Source of the DNA: Octopus vulgaris
Lineage: Eukaryota
Assembly (NCBI GenBank): GCA_951406725.2
Contig: OX597814.1
Span: 193,998,001-194,062,000, forward strand
Length of the DNA stretch: 64,000 nucleotides
Direction: 5' to 3'
The notes under the pieces are model-generated. The model made no database searches. It was not told where the DNA came from and was given only the letters and a program-made list of their open reading frames with translations. Numbering within the stretch: the stretch's first letter is position 1; each line of letters opens with the position of its first letter. This document shows, piece by piece, positions 52,120 to 64,000 of the stretch. The position numbers and the translations under genes were made by a program.

Positions 52120-52911
52120 GTATGTATGTATGTATATATTTTTTATTTGTTTCAGTCATTAGACTGCGGTCATGCTGGGGCACCGCCTTGAAGAATTTTT
52201 TTCCAGATGTATCAAGCCCATTACGTTTTTTTTCTAAGCCTGGGAAATTATTCTATCGCTCTCTTTTGCCGAACTGCTACGTTCCGAGCACGTAAATACA
52301 CCTATACCAATTGTCAAGCGGTGGAGTGGGGGGAAACAAACACAAAGACAGACACACACACACACACATACACTTACATACATACACACACACATACATA
52401 CATACATACATACATACATACATACATACATACATACATACATACATACATACATACATACATACATACATACATACATAAGTAGCTATACGACGGGCTG
52501 GGACTTCTCTCAGCTTCCGTCTAACAAATTCACTCACAGGGCTTTGGTCGGCCCGGGGCTATAATAGAAGACATTTGCTCATGGTGCCACGCAGTGGGGC
52601 TGAACCCAAAACCCTATGGCTGGGAGCCAAACATCTTACACAATCGCGCACGCACTTATATTTATGTATGTATATATACACACACAAACAAGCCCTCCAC
52701 TCTTTCATTCGTTTACTCCTTTGGAAATGAAGGATTCGAGCCCGGTTTTCTAAACTAGAATACCTCTCGGTTCTACCTTTCCCTTATTTTTATTTGCGCT
52801 GTTTCCAGGTAAGTGAAGTACACGGTCTAATCAATGCCCCGTTCAACTGTACACACTATATACATATACATATATATATATGTATGTGTGTGTGTGTGTA
52901 TGTATATGTAT

Positions 52912-52956
<45 letters not shown>

Positions 52957-52963
52957 GTGTGTA

Positions 52964-53043
<80 letters not shown>

Positions 53044-53070
53044 CATACATACATATGCGTATATATAATA

Positions 53071-53202
53071 AAAATAAGCAACAAGGATATCCAGAGGTAA
53101 TGCAGTACGATCGTTTCATGCAACTCCATTTAATTGAACAATGCAATCATTACATGAAACGATCGTACTGCATTACCTCTGAATATCCTTGCTGCTTATT
53201 TT
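53071..53202. repeat. Fold-back inverted repeat, 50-bp arms, 32-nt loop
   Basis: 53071-53120 vs 53153-53202, 2 mismatches. Confidence 0.9.
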
Positions 53203-53309
53203 GATTTTAATCACCTTACTTTGAAATTGTATGGATAATACCGTACTAAATTCTGGTGCCTCAGCTTAAGTACCATATTCATTTGAATCTAATTTTATGC
53301 GTATATATA

Positions 53310-53647
53310 TGTAGAAATATAGTGCCAAAGCTCCCAGCAATGTCATCACGCTTCAGGACCAGTTACTGCAACAGCCTGGGTTTCAAGGGCCCACAGCTTT
53401 TTAATATTCTGCCAATGAGTCTGAGGAACTTGCACATAGTAGATGTAGGGGTTTTAAATCAAAGGTGGACCTCTTCCTGTTGAGAGTCCCAGATGAACCT
53501 ACCTCACGGCAAGAGGTGCAAATGGGAGTTGCTATATCAAACTCCATTCTTCACCAAGTGCCACATATTAGAGGAGGCTCTTAGTAATAACAGTGTAGCA
53601 AAACGGCTGTGAATCAGCATGGCCCTAGCTCTGAGCTGAAACTAGGA
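53310..53647 (+). mobile_element. LINE 3' end (CR1/L2-group)
   Basis: RTSYCNSLGFKGPQLFNILPMSLRNL...(frameshift)FKSKVDLFLLRVPDEP, typical of CR1-group ORF2 C-termini; short 3' UTR and A-tail. Confidence 0.75.
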
Positions 53648-53655
53648 AAAAAAAA

Positions 53656-53810
53656 TGTGGCTGTGTGGTAAGTAGCTTGCTAACCAGCCACATGGTTCCG
53701 GGTTCAGTCCCACTACGTGGCATCTTGGGCAAGTGTCTTCTGCTATAACCTCGGGCCGACCAATGCCTTGTGAGTGGATTTGGTAGACGGAAACTGAAAG
53801 AAGCCTGTCG

Positions 53811-53878
<68 letters not shown>

Positions 53879-54105
53879 TGTGTGTGTATTTGTGTGTCTG
53901 TGTTTGTCCCCCTAGCATTGCTTGACAACCGATGTTGGTGTGTTTACGTCCCCGTCATTAGCGGTTCGGCAAAAAAGAGACCGATAGAATAAGTACTGGG
54001 CTTACAAAGAATAAGTCCCGGGGTCGATTTACTCGACTAAAGGCGGTGCTCCAGCATGGCCGCAGTCAAATGACTGAAACAAGTAAAAGAGAGAGTAAAA
54101 GAGAG
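53656..54105 (+). mobile_element. SINE B full copy
   Basis: Homologous; directly follows a LINE 3' end. Confidence 0.9.
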
Positions 54106-54324
54106 TATATATATATATATATTTTTTACATACATATATTTTTACATGTGTATGTGTGTGTGTAGTTAAATAAGATTCGGGTGAAATTCCTGTAGTATGC
54201 TATGCGAAACTCGTCCATCATACAGTGGAAATGCTCCTGCCACTGGCTATACATCAGGAATTCCATCGTAACCGTAGAGTCTATATACGCACGCATGTAT
54301 GTATATATATCATGTTACGACTGT

Positions 54325-55057
54325 CGCTCTGCACCCAGCACCACATCACTAACCGTGTCACAAGACTGCTACAACCACTATGACTACTACCGCCATACTG
54401 TAACCACCTCTGCACCACCGTAACCACCACCACCAGAACACTATAGTCACCTCTGCACTACTATCATCACCACACCGCTGTTGCTACCACCATTGCACCA
54501 CAGCCAATACCACATCGCTCTAGTCATCACTACACCGCTTTAACCAGGACCACACTACTATAACCTCTACAATCGCACCACTGTAACCAGCACCACCAGC
54601 ACCACCACCTTACCGATCTAGGTACCACCACACGCTTATGACCATCACTTCTTTGCTGTAGCATCCTCCCCCACGCCTCTCTAGCTACCTCCACAGTACT
54701 ACAGCCATCATCATACCACTGTCACAACCACCACTACAGTCCTATAGCCTCTATAGTCGCCTCTACTCTTCTATAGACGCCAGCACTGCACTATAGACAA
54801 CATTACGGTACTATAACCGCCACCATACATAGCTACCACTCCATCACAATAGCCTCTGTTATACCACTGTAGCCACTACCATGCCACTATATTCGCCGCC
54901 ACAACACCACTATAGCTAACATCACTATCACACCAGTGTACTTAACACTACACCTCTATAGATATAACTACGAGGGTACTATATCCACGGCAACACCATT
55001 TTGGCTTTAGCCAAATCATTGTGTATCACCACTCTACAGTAACCATCATCACTGCAC
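54325..55057. repeat. Degenerate CACCACTATAGC-type minisatellite
   Basis: Recurrent accactata/gccac motifs; similar sequence resumes after the mariner at 56303. Confidence 0.6.
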
Positions 55058-55059
55058 TA

Positions 55060-56300
55060 CGGGGGTCGGCTGAAAAGTTCATAGGCTGACTCAGAGACTC
55101 TCATGGAAGGTGACCAAATGAGGTTTACCATTCAACATAGTCCCCCCCCCTTATGGTCCACGCACTCCTTCCATCAGTGTTGCAGTGCTTCGATCCAATC
55201 GGTGAAGGAGCTTTCATCCTTGTTGGTCAATAAAGTCATCAGCAGCAAATATGACGTCATCATCATGGCCACACTAGTTCCCAGCCAAGTATTTTTCATG
55301 TTGTGGAACAGATGATAGTCAAAAGGGGCTAAATCAAGAGAGCAAAACCAGTTCAAAGCCACAGTCATACACAGCAGCCGTTCAAACCAAGGACGTGTGT
55401 GCTGGAGCATTGTTCTGATGAAACAAGACCCCTTTCGTCACTTTTCTTATGTGTTTGGTCTTGATAGCCTTTAGTAACTGCCTCAGCAAGTTGGCATAGA
55501 ACTCTCCATTGATGGCATGACCCTTTTGAAGGGCCAATAAACACAATGTCTTTTGCATCCAAAAAAACTGAGGCCATTACCTTCCCTTCAGATGAAACGA
55601 CCTTGGTCTTCTTTAGAGCAGGTAAGGAGGGGTGTTTCCACAGCATAGACTGTCTCTTTATCTCTGGGTCAAAGTGATAACGCTAACACTCATCTAGGCT
55701 TAGGAAACGATCAAGGAAACCAGCTGGAACTGCCTCAAACAATCTCAGATTTTCTGGCGATGTGATCGGCTTGGTACCCTATTGACCAGGGTCCATAGTG
55801 CAGAATATTCTCAATCCTCTCCCGGGATTAGCATATCCAGTAAGAGAATTTGGAATATTTGATTTATAGTCAATTGACTGCCATGTGGCAAACACGATCA
55901 ATGTTTTCCTCAGAAGTGGCAGTTGCCGGACGTCCAGACCTGGGGGGGTCATCTTCAAGAGTCTCCCTTCCCCTTCTACATTCAGCTGTCCACTTTTGTT
56001 CTGTTATTAAAACCGGAGCGTCATCCCCTAATGCAGCAACCATGCCAGCCTGGCTGTCGTTGGGAGCTAAGCCTTTTTTTTCTGTAATTACTTGATAACA
56101 CTATGATGGTAAATGGTGTCAATATTCAAAAGTCGCCACTAGTTATATTTGAAGTCTTCTTTGAACAGTCAGACGTCAGTTTATCAGGAAAGAAAACATA
56201 CATTTATTAATAAGAATGGTTGAAATGAATGCATGCAAGATTTCACAGCTCTAGCGTCACTCCTTCAGTAATCAGCCCATAAACTTTTCAGCCGCCCTGG
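55060..56300 (-). mobile_element. Near-full-length decayed mariner transposon
   Basis: TIRs sharing cggctgaaaagtt(c/t)at(a/g)ggctga, TA on both sides; WKHPS...KVMASVF.DAK and CSLDLAPFDYHLF (cf. YSPDLAPSDY). Confidence 0.9.
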
Positions 56301-57157
56301 TACTGTGTTCACTAACACCGCACTACTATATCCAACACCACACTTTTACAGCTACAACGAACAAACGTCTATAGTTATATCACTATATACTACAGTATGC
56401 GAACCCACATTTTCTATAAACATGACAGACGTTCTAACATTGAAGCAAAGCAATCCTTCGAATTTCTCAATTCGTCTTAGAAACCTTATTCTCACTAGCG
56501 ATAATTGTATATTGCTTACGTCATAAGAATTGAGCAACTACGCAAAAACGTGAAATAATTCGTTTCTTTTTTTTTGTTTTTGTTTTTTGTTGTTGTTTTT
56601 TGAACAGTGGATCTCGAAGTAGATATATTCATCCAATATTTACACGCTGTTAGTTAAGTATCTATTTCGAGTTCAATTCTCTTGAAGTTCTAAAGTATTA
56701 TAATTTAACATAAAATTCTTACTAAGAATAAAGTTTCTAAAACTTTATTCTTAAAGAAATTCGAAGAATCGTTTTGTCCAATGGTAGAACATCTGTCATG
56801 TATCTTTTATCTTTTACTTGCTTCGGTCGTTTAACTGCGGCCATGCTGGGGCACCGCCTTGAAGTGTTTTAGTCGAACAAATCGATACTAGGACGTATTT
56901 CTTAAAGCCTAATATTTATTCTATCGGTGTCTTTTGCCGAACCGCTAGATGCGGTGGTGAGGGACGAAAACGGACTGAGAGACACACAATCATGTATGTG
57001 TGAGTGTGTGTGTGTGTGATTGAACCCGTATATATACAAGTGAGTAGACAAACGAAAGAAATAGGTACTCAACACGTAAAAGCAAACTAACGCAGGCTGT
57101 CACAAGATGGCGAGGGGACAAACACAAACAGAAACACACACATATATATGTACACAT

Positions 57158-57214
<57 letters not shown>

Positions 57215-57546
57215 ATTTCCATCTATCAAATTCACTTACAAGACATTGCTCGACCTAAAGTTATACTAGAAGGCACCTGTCCATGATGCTGCGCAGTGGG
57301 ACCGAACAAATCGACTCTAGGACTTCTTTCTTAAAGACTAGTGATTATTCTATCAGTCTCTTTTACCGAACTACTAAGTTACGAAGACGTAAACAAACCA
57401 ACACCTGTTGTCCAACGGTGGCTGAGAAATACACAAACACACACACACACCCACTCACACACACTCACACACACACACACAAACACAAACACATATACGC
57501 GCGCGCGACGAGTTTCCCCGCAGTTTACCAAATTCACTCACAAGGC

Positions 57547-57814
57547 CATGGGCCCGGGAACAGGAGGTGCAGGTGGTGCAAGCGCACCCCCTAGAATTTT
57601 TGCGGAGTGGAGAACCAAAATTTGGAGCCCTACTTATTTTCCTCGGGTTTAGAAAACGGTAAATAAAAAGTGATGAGTAAAGAATAGCTTGAAGTTAGGT
57701 TCCTTCTCAAAGAACAAAACACAAAAATAACAAATAAATAAATAAGACCTTGTTTGTAAATATTTTTGGACCTGGGTTTGCACCCCCTAAGCAAATTTCA
57801 TTCCCGAGCCAGTG
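57547..57814. mobile_element. hAT-type MITE inside a SINE B copy
   Basis: TIRs catgggcccgggaa / ttcccgagccagtg; perfect 8-bp TSD cacaaggc. Confidence 0.85.
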
Positions 57815-59649
57815 CACAAGGCTGTAATCGGGCCAGAGCCATAATAGAAAAGGTATTTTCCCAAGTTCCTGCACTATAGATTGAACCCAAAACCGCGTGA
57901 TTGCAAAGTAAGCTTCTTAACCACACAACCATACCTCGCCTATATATATATAATAAAAAAAAACGGAATGCTTCACAATTAGCGTGTCACAAGTTAGCAG
58001 AAGCCGTGCTAATCTTTATATCGTTCCAATTTTCATATTTATCCTGTCGAAGCAACTTTCAACAAATGTCACCCACTTCTCTTGCACGATTTCTTATTAT
58101 TATGACAAATGTCTTTTCCCGGACTTAATAAGCCTTTTTAACGAGCCTTTAATTGGTTAAGTCGTCGACTGCTTGACTGTGAGTTAAAATCACAAATATT
58201 TATGTTTCTTGACAAGATACTTTAATCCATTCATACTAGTCCGGTTCACAGAGATATGAGAAATGAGTACGGCGATTTCCGTTGATGGTGTTAGAAGTAA
58301 CTGGTTGACTCGTATTCATTTATTGCTACGATAACTGAAACTAAACGCACCGCTCTATACACTGATGTGATTGATGGAAGAATAAGCTGTCTACTTTTAG
58401 CATAATACGGAAGCCGTGGGCTGTTTATTGTCACCTGGTGCGCCTTGAAGAAATATTTGTTCGTGGAAAATTAAAATGCGATAGATAAGCTTGTCAAAGA
58501 TGACGGACAGTTGTGAAACAGCTTTGAGTACATCGGAAAAAATAAATGTGTTAAAATACTCATTTGCTTTCTATGGGAGTCACGTGACTTTTGACTGTTG
58601 GCTTTCATTCTTAGCTATGTATTCTTTGCCTTTCGTCCTTTCGGAATCAGTGAAATAAGTAACTGTTGAACACTGGAGTCGATGTGGTTGCCTTCTCCTC
58701 ACCTCAAAATTGCTGACATGATGTTGAAAAAAATTAGGAAAAAGAATTCTTAGATATGTACATACTTGGATAGATACAACAGCATGATTGCATATATACA
58801 TTACATACATACACACTTACATGCTTGCATGCATGCATACATACGTACATACACGCACACATAAACATACACATACATTCACTCACACACACACGCACGC
58901 ACATACATACATACATACATACATACATACATACATACATACATACATACATACATACATACATACATGGTGGCTGCCCCCTCGTTATCGAGTATGGCCA
59001 TTGCACGAAGCTTAATCAATGTTGTTATCGTGCAATGCCTGTGCAAGAAGATTTTTTTTAAGTGAGGAAAGGTTTTGCACTGAGTCAATCCCACTCACTA
59101 AGCAACAGCAGCCATAATCCGAAAAGAAGAACAAGTCAACATCATCGGTAACCACTGAGCCGCAGGTTTTATGTCGGAGTTATCCCAGTTACCTGAGTTA
59201 CCTTCTCCTAGAAGGATGCCTGAACAAAGGCTAGAAGTCCTTCACTCCCAATGGTTTAACCGCGCGATCGGGTATTCAGTCCGATTATTTCTATGTCCCC
59301 GCGCATGATACAGCCTTAAGACATTTATTGGATGGCCGTTGATTCTCAAGAGTTCCTCCGCCCTTTGACGGGTTTTGTTTTTCATCCCGCAAGGTGTCCA
59401 ATAAACACCCTCCTCGCCAAGCAAGCTTGGTGGGGTTGCCGGTTTAGTCGCCGACGACCCGACCATGCAACAGGTTGTACTGGGTTACATGTTACCAGTA
59501 GCACTCGAAAGTGACCTGACATACACATACATACATACATACATACATACATACATACATACATACATACATACATACATACATACATACATACATACAT
59601 ACATACATACATACATACATACATGCATGCATGCATACATACATGATAT

Positions 59650-60340
59650 AGACAGACAGACAGAGTGTATCAAGAATTCGAGAACAGAAAAGAATTCCAG
59701 GCAAAACAGACACCAGGCCGAAAAACATAAAAACAGAAAGACGACACACCCGTTCATCTAGATACAACGAGGAAACAAACCATTCGATATAACCACCCTC
59801 AGCCCTAATACCGTCCCCGATACATCCACGGAAGTAGCTGCAAGCCAAGATCACCTTCCGAACCCATACCATCTGTCGCACCCACAATGGTAGTCCTCCC
59901 ACCAACAACTAGTCCTTAGCTCAGTGAAGCCTCTAGCTGATACCCCGTTTCCGACGTTCTGAGAATTTCAATCATTGGATATCACATGATCGTGAAAATT
60001 TTCGATCAACCATTCCCTGGCCACGAGGGCCTATGTGGAAGAGTACAGAGTCCATATGGAAAACGTTGGGCCCTCACTAGGCTACTCCCACTTCCTTGAT
60101 CAAGAGTTTGATCACTATGTCAAGCACCTCAATGCACGTGTTGATAATCACCCTGCGGGACTATAGAAAGAAATGAGGCAATATGACAAGGCCCTCATTG
60201 TTCATGAGACCCAGAACCATTAAAAACAACAGGAACTCGGTGTACATTACCATAACTGTAGGCACATTCACGGTCCCCGTTGAACCGTCCCTCGTTCTTC
60301 TTGTTAACTTTCGGACCTGCCCGAGGTTCTTATCATCCTA
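59650..60340 (+). mobile_element. Decayed LINE 5'/ORF1-like fragment
   Basis: Fragments SLIKSL, ALIV, ITVGTFTVPVEP resemble I/Nimb-clade ORF1 N-termini; no intact frame. Confidence 0.25.
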
Positions 60341-60364
60341 AACAAAATCAAAGCTTGGCATACT

Positions 60365-60760
60365 CTTTTACTTGTTTCAGTCACTTGACTGCGGCCATGC
60401 AGGAGCACCGCCTTTAGTCGAGCAAATCGACCCCAGGACTTATTCTTTGGAAGCCTAGTACTTATTCTATCGGTCTCTTTTGCCGAACCGCTAAGTTACG
60501 GGGACGTAAACCGACCAGCATCGGTTATCAAGCGATGTTGGGGGACAAACACAGACACACAAACATATACACACATACATATATATATATACATACATAC
60601 GACGGGTTTCTTTCAGTTTCCGTCTACCAAATCCACTCACAAGGCTTTGGACAGCCCGAGGCTATAGTAGAAGACTTTTGCCCAAGGTGCCACGCACTGG
60701 GAATGAACTCAGAACCATGTGGTTGGTAAGCAAGCTACTTACTGCACAGCCACTCCTGCC
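60365..60760 (-). mobile_element. SINE B full copy
   Basis: Homologous to the other copies. Confidence 0.9.
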
Positions 60761-60764
60761 AAGT

Positions 60765-60960
60765 ACTTCACTCGGATTACATGGTCTTGCTGGACATGAA
60801 TTGTTCTCTCTTCATTACGTAGTATCATACTTGATGTCCTCGGAAACATCTGTTAGTGGACTCTGCTACCTTGAATTGCTTAGTGATGCCTTTGTCGATT
60901 CGCTGGCGCTGATGTTGCTCTGGACCTGCTGGACGAAGTCTACCATCCTAACACCACTTG
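60765..60960 (-). mobile_element. Short Tc1/mariner-type transposase remnant
   Basis: RMVDFVQQVQ...SEDIKY resembles the second HTH region of Tc1/mariner-group transposases. Confidence 0.35.
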
Positions 60961-62944
60961 ACCATTGTAAATGTTTACTTGCATTAACACTTGCCCTAGA
61001 TGCCGTGCAACGGCATTGAACCTGAAACTGCTTGCAAAACGAGTTTCTTCATCACACAACCATGCCTACGCCTAATACGTGAAATTTTCCATCGGAGCGG
61101 TTTCTAATTTACACTACTTGTTGTCGGTTCAGCAACGAAGAATCTGTAATTCTGAGGAATATCTCATGTTTTCCCCAAAGATAAAAACAAAACAGCTACG
61201 TCGTCATTCGTGAGCGAGTATAATACGGTAACCGACCCCTTGTTTTCGCTAATTGTTTTAGTTGCCAATGTAATCGCGAGCAAATATAGACACCCTAACA
61301 ACAGACCAACCCTTGACCCTTCGGAGCACAAAGGATTTGACAGCTGGAAGAAGAGAGGGTTTCACCAGCCCTAGGCTAGTACACATTTCCAGTTGGGTTG
61401 ACTGGAATGACGTGAAATGATGTGTTTTTGCGCAAGACACAACGTGCCACTCGGTTCAGGAATCGATCCCATGACCCTGTGATCGAGAGACCAATACTCC
61501 TAACCACTAAGCTAACATAGGCAAAAGGCCTCAGAAGATTTCAGGTCGGGAACCTATGTTAGAAACTGTTATTGCTGAAGTCCTTACACTTGCCTAACAA
61601 CATTATACGCAGCATTTATTTATATACATTCACGTTTTAAGTTCAAATCTTGCCTGAGATACTTTACCTTATATTCTTCATGTGCCGGTAAAATATGGTT
61701 CATGCCATCAATGGTGTCGGTCATTTACCCCGTTTTTCTGTTCAGTTTAATAATTATCAATTACTTTCTGAAATGCTATCACACGTCCTTGAAAACTTAT
61801 CGGGTGGCACAGTGATAAAACAGAAACAGAACTAGGAGAAAAATATTTATTAAAAAGAGAAAATATCTTGAACAGATGGCGTACCCTAGCGGCAGACACT
61901 GTAAGGGAGATAATCAATTCGAGATTAATTATGACGGAGTTAGAAGTTGAAATTTTTGAATCGAAGGATAACAAAAAAGATGCACAGAATATACATAATT
62001 AATATCTTTACTTACTCATTACAAAGGTCTTAAATTGTATAGTAATAGCTTAACCGTGTATAGCGCCATTTCATCCTTATTTGAAGCCATCGGCATGACA
62101 CAACCATCTTTTTCTTTTATAAGGTCAATCCTTCATTCAGTCCTTCCTTCTTCCAAAGTATCTTAACCCTCTGTCTCTATATCAACTCTCTCTTTCTTCT
62201 ACGCACCTTCTACATTTGATGATATTGTGACGGTGACACTTCATAAGATCTCTCGGCTGAGTTTTTCCATTGTTTCTACACTGTAAGACTTTTTACCAGC
62301 CGATCTACAAGCTATTTCTCAGTCGTCATCACACAAGAACTCTGCCATTTTATGTCACCCGTATATCACAAGAACTTTCGCAGTTAGTATTCTACTAAAC
62401 TATTCTACAGATCTTCTACCGTGTCCAAATTTTTCAATTTTGTGTTTCTGTAGTGATTTTTTTTTTTTTTTATTGATCTTTACCTCACCATTTCATCCAT
62501 ATTGAAAATGTATTCAACAACAACAAAAAAAGCTACTGCCAAGAAAACGAAGTAATTTTTACTTATATTTTTAATATAATGCTTTTCTTTCTTTCGAATA
62601 ATTTTTTTAATGAAACAATAAAAAGATTTTTTAAAAAACAACAACAACGTTACTTATTTCTCTTGTATCTGTATTTTTGTTCATAAGCTTTACTGTATGT
62701 TAAAAAATGATTATTCTTACAGTTGAAACCTAAAAACAAGGAAGCTAATGTACGGACAGGATTGGCGTGAGGAAAAACAAAATTAAAATCTGAAGATTTT
62801 TGTAGTGAAGTGTAACAGCAGAACAAAGGGGGAAAGAACAATGTATAAATATGCAACATGAAAGAAGTTTGTGCCCCACAAGGAAAGGTGAAATTCGTTT
62901 CTTTGAATGAGGGCTCTACCGAAACCTCAAACTTAACATCGTCA

Positions 62945-63970
62945 AAATACCTATTTCTTTATTACCCACAAGAGGCTAAACTCAGAGAGGACAAACAAGG
63001 ACAGACAAACGGATTAAGTCGATTATATCGACCCCAGTGCGTAACTGGTACTTATTTAATCGATTCCGAAAGGATGAAAGGCAAAGTCGACCTCGGCGGA
63101 ATTTGAACTCAGAACGTAAAGACAGACGAAATACGGCTACGCATTTCGCCCGGCGTGCTAACGTTTCTGCCAGCTCGCTGCCCAAAACGGATGAACGTAA
63201 AGACGGACGAAATGCCGCTAAGCATTTTGCCCGGCTTGCTAACAATTCTGCCAGCTCACCGTCTAAGCCATGCCATTATCAATAAATAATTGATTAATGA
63301 ATATAGATGAAACTCTATACGAGTTCGATATTAACAGAAGATGGGTAGAACACCGAACATTTTGAAGATGTTTTATTTCCTTGGTACTCTCAATAATTCT
63401 GAAAAATGCATGGACGTCACACAACTTCATTTTTGTTTCGAAGACGATAACGACACAGCTGGCATTAAGTTGAAATAAATTTACCTTTTCCACAGAACCA
63501 GCTGGGATTTGAACACTGCGCGTAAAACTTGAAAAAAAAAAAAAAAAGAAAAAAGACAATAACGGAACAGATTTTGGTACAAGGCCAGAAGTTTAGGGGA
63601 GGGATTAAGTCGATTACATCGACCTCAATGTTCGACTAGGACTTATTTTATGAACCCGAAAGGATGAAAGCAAAGTCGACTTCGGCGGAATTTGAACTCA
63701 GAACGTAAGGTGCCGCTAAGAATTTTGCCTGGCATGTTAAGAATACTTATTTCTTTACTACCCACAAGGGGCTAAACACAGAGAGGACAAACAAACGGAT
63801 TAAGTCGATTACATCGACCCCAGTGCGTAACTGGTACTTAATTTATCGACCCCGAAAGGATAAAAGGCACAGTCGACCTCGGCGGAATTTGAACTCAGAA
63901 CGTAAGAACAGATGTAGTGCTGCTAAATATTTTGTCTGGCGTGTTAAGGATACTGCTAGTTCGTCGCCAC
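62945..63970 (-). mobile_element. Cluster of SINE A copies
   Basis: Copies at about 62945-63180 and 63570-63970, the latter nested. Confidence 0.75.
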
Positions 63971-64000
63971 TCGTGATTAGGGTGGTGGAGCTGGTAGAGT

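Noticed and set aside
56723-56753. 14-bp AT-rich hairpin
   Set aside because: Short and AT-rich; plausible by chance or local slippage.
59380-59470. HDV-like ribozyme (CCCTCCTCGC motif in a GC-rich repeat fragment)
   Set aside because: A consistent P1/P2/P3 double pseudoknot could not be built by eye; a covariance search is needed.

Overview
Repeat-dense animal genomic DNA. The tRNA-derived SINEs and very dense (TA)n/(TATG)n/(CA)n microsatellites point to an octopus (coleoid cephalopod); this is an inference. Nearly all ORFs in the supplied track are artefacts of microsatellites or SINEs. One real gene can be assembled by hand on the + strand from phase-compatible exons 9195-9627, 22200-22246 and 29852-29969, plus a candidate last exon near 44.3-44.6 kb. 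It encodes the C-terminal part of a short, interrupted collagen with a terminal coiled coil (EMID1/COL26A1-like architecture); its 5' end is probably upstream of the window. The remainder is SINEs (at least 4 families), decayed LINEs, mariner/hAT/Helitron remnants and MITEs. The most notable signals are: (i) several sequence-unrelated minimal type-I hammerhead-ribozyme folds, mostly in Penelope-like repeats next to (TA)n tracts, including a 4-copy family with a non-canonical core; (ii) two LINE 3' ends matching the tails of the two dominant SINEs; (iii) 184-bp SINE multimers bounded by one target-site duplication (TSD); (iv) a TTAGGG-carrying MITE with TSDs of 8 vs 13 bp; (v) long inverted repeats and AG|GT recursive-splice-like sites. 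All structures were read by eye; no searches or folding programs were run.
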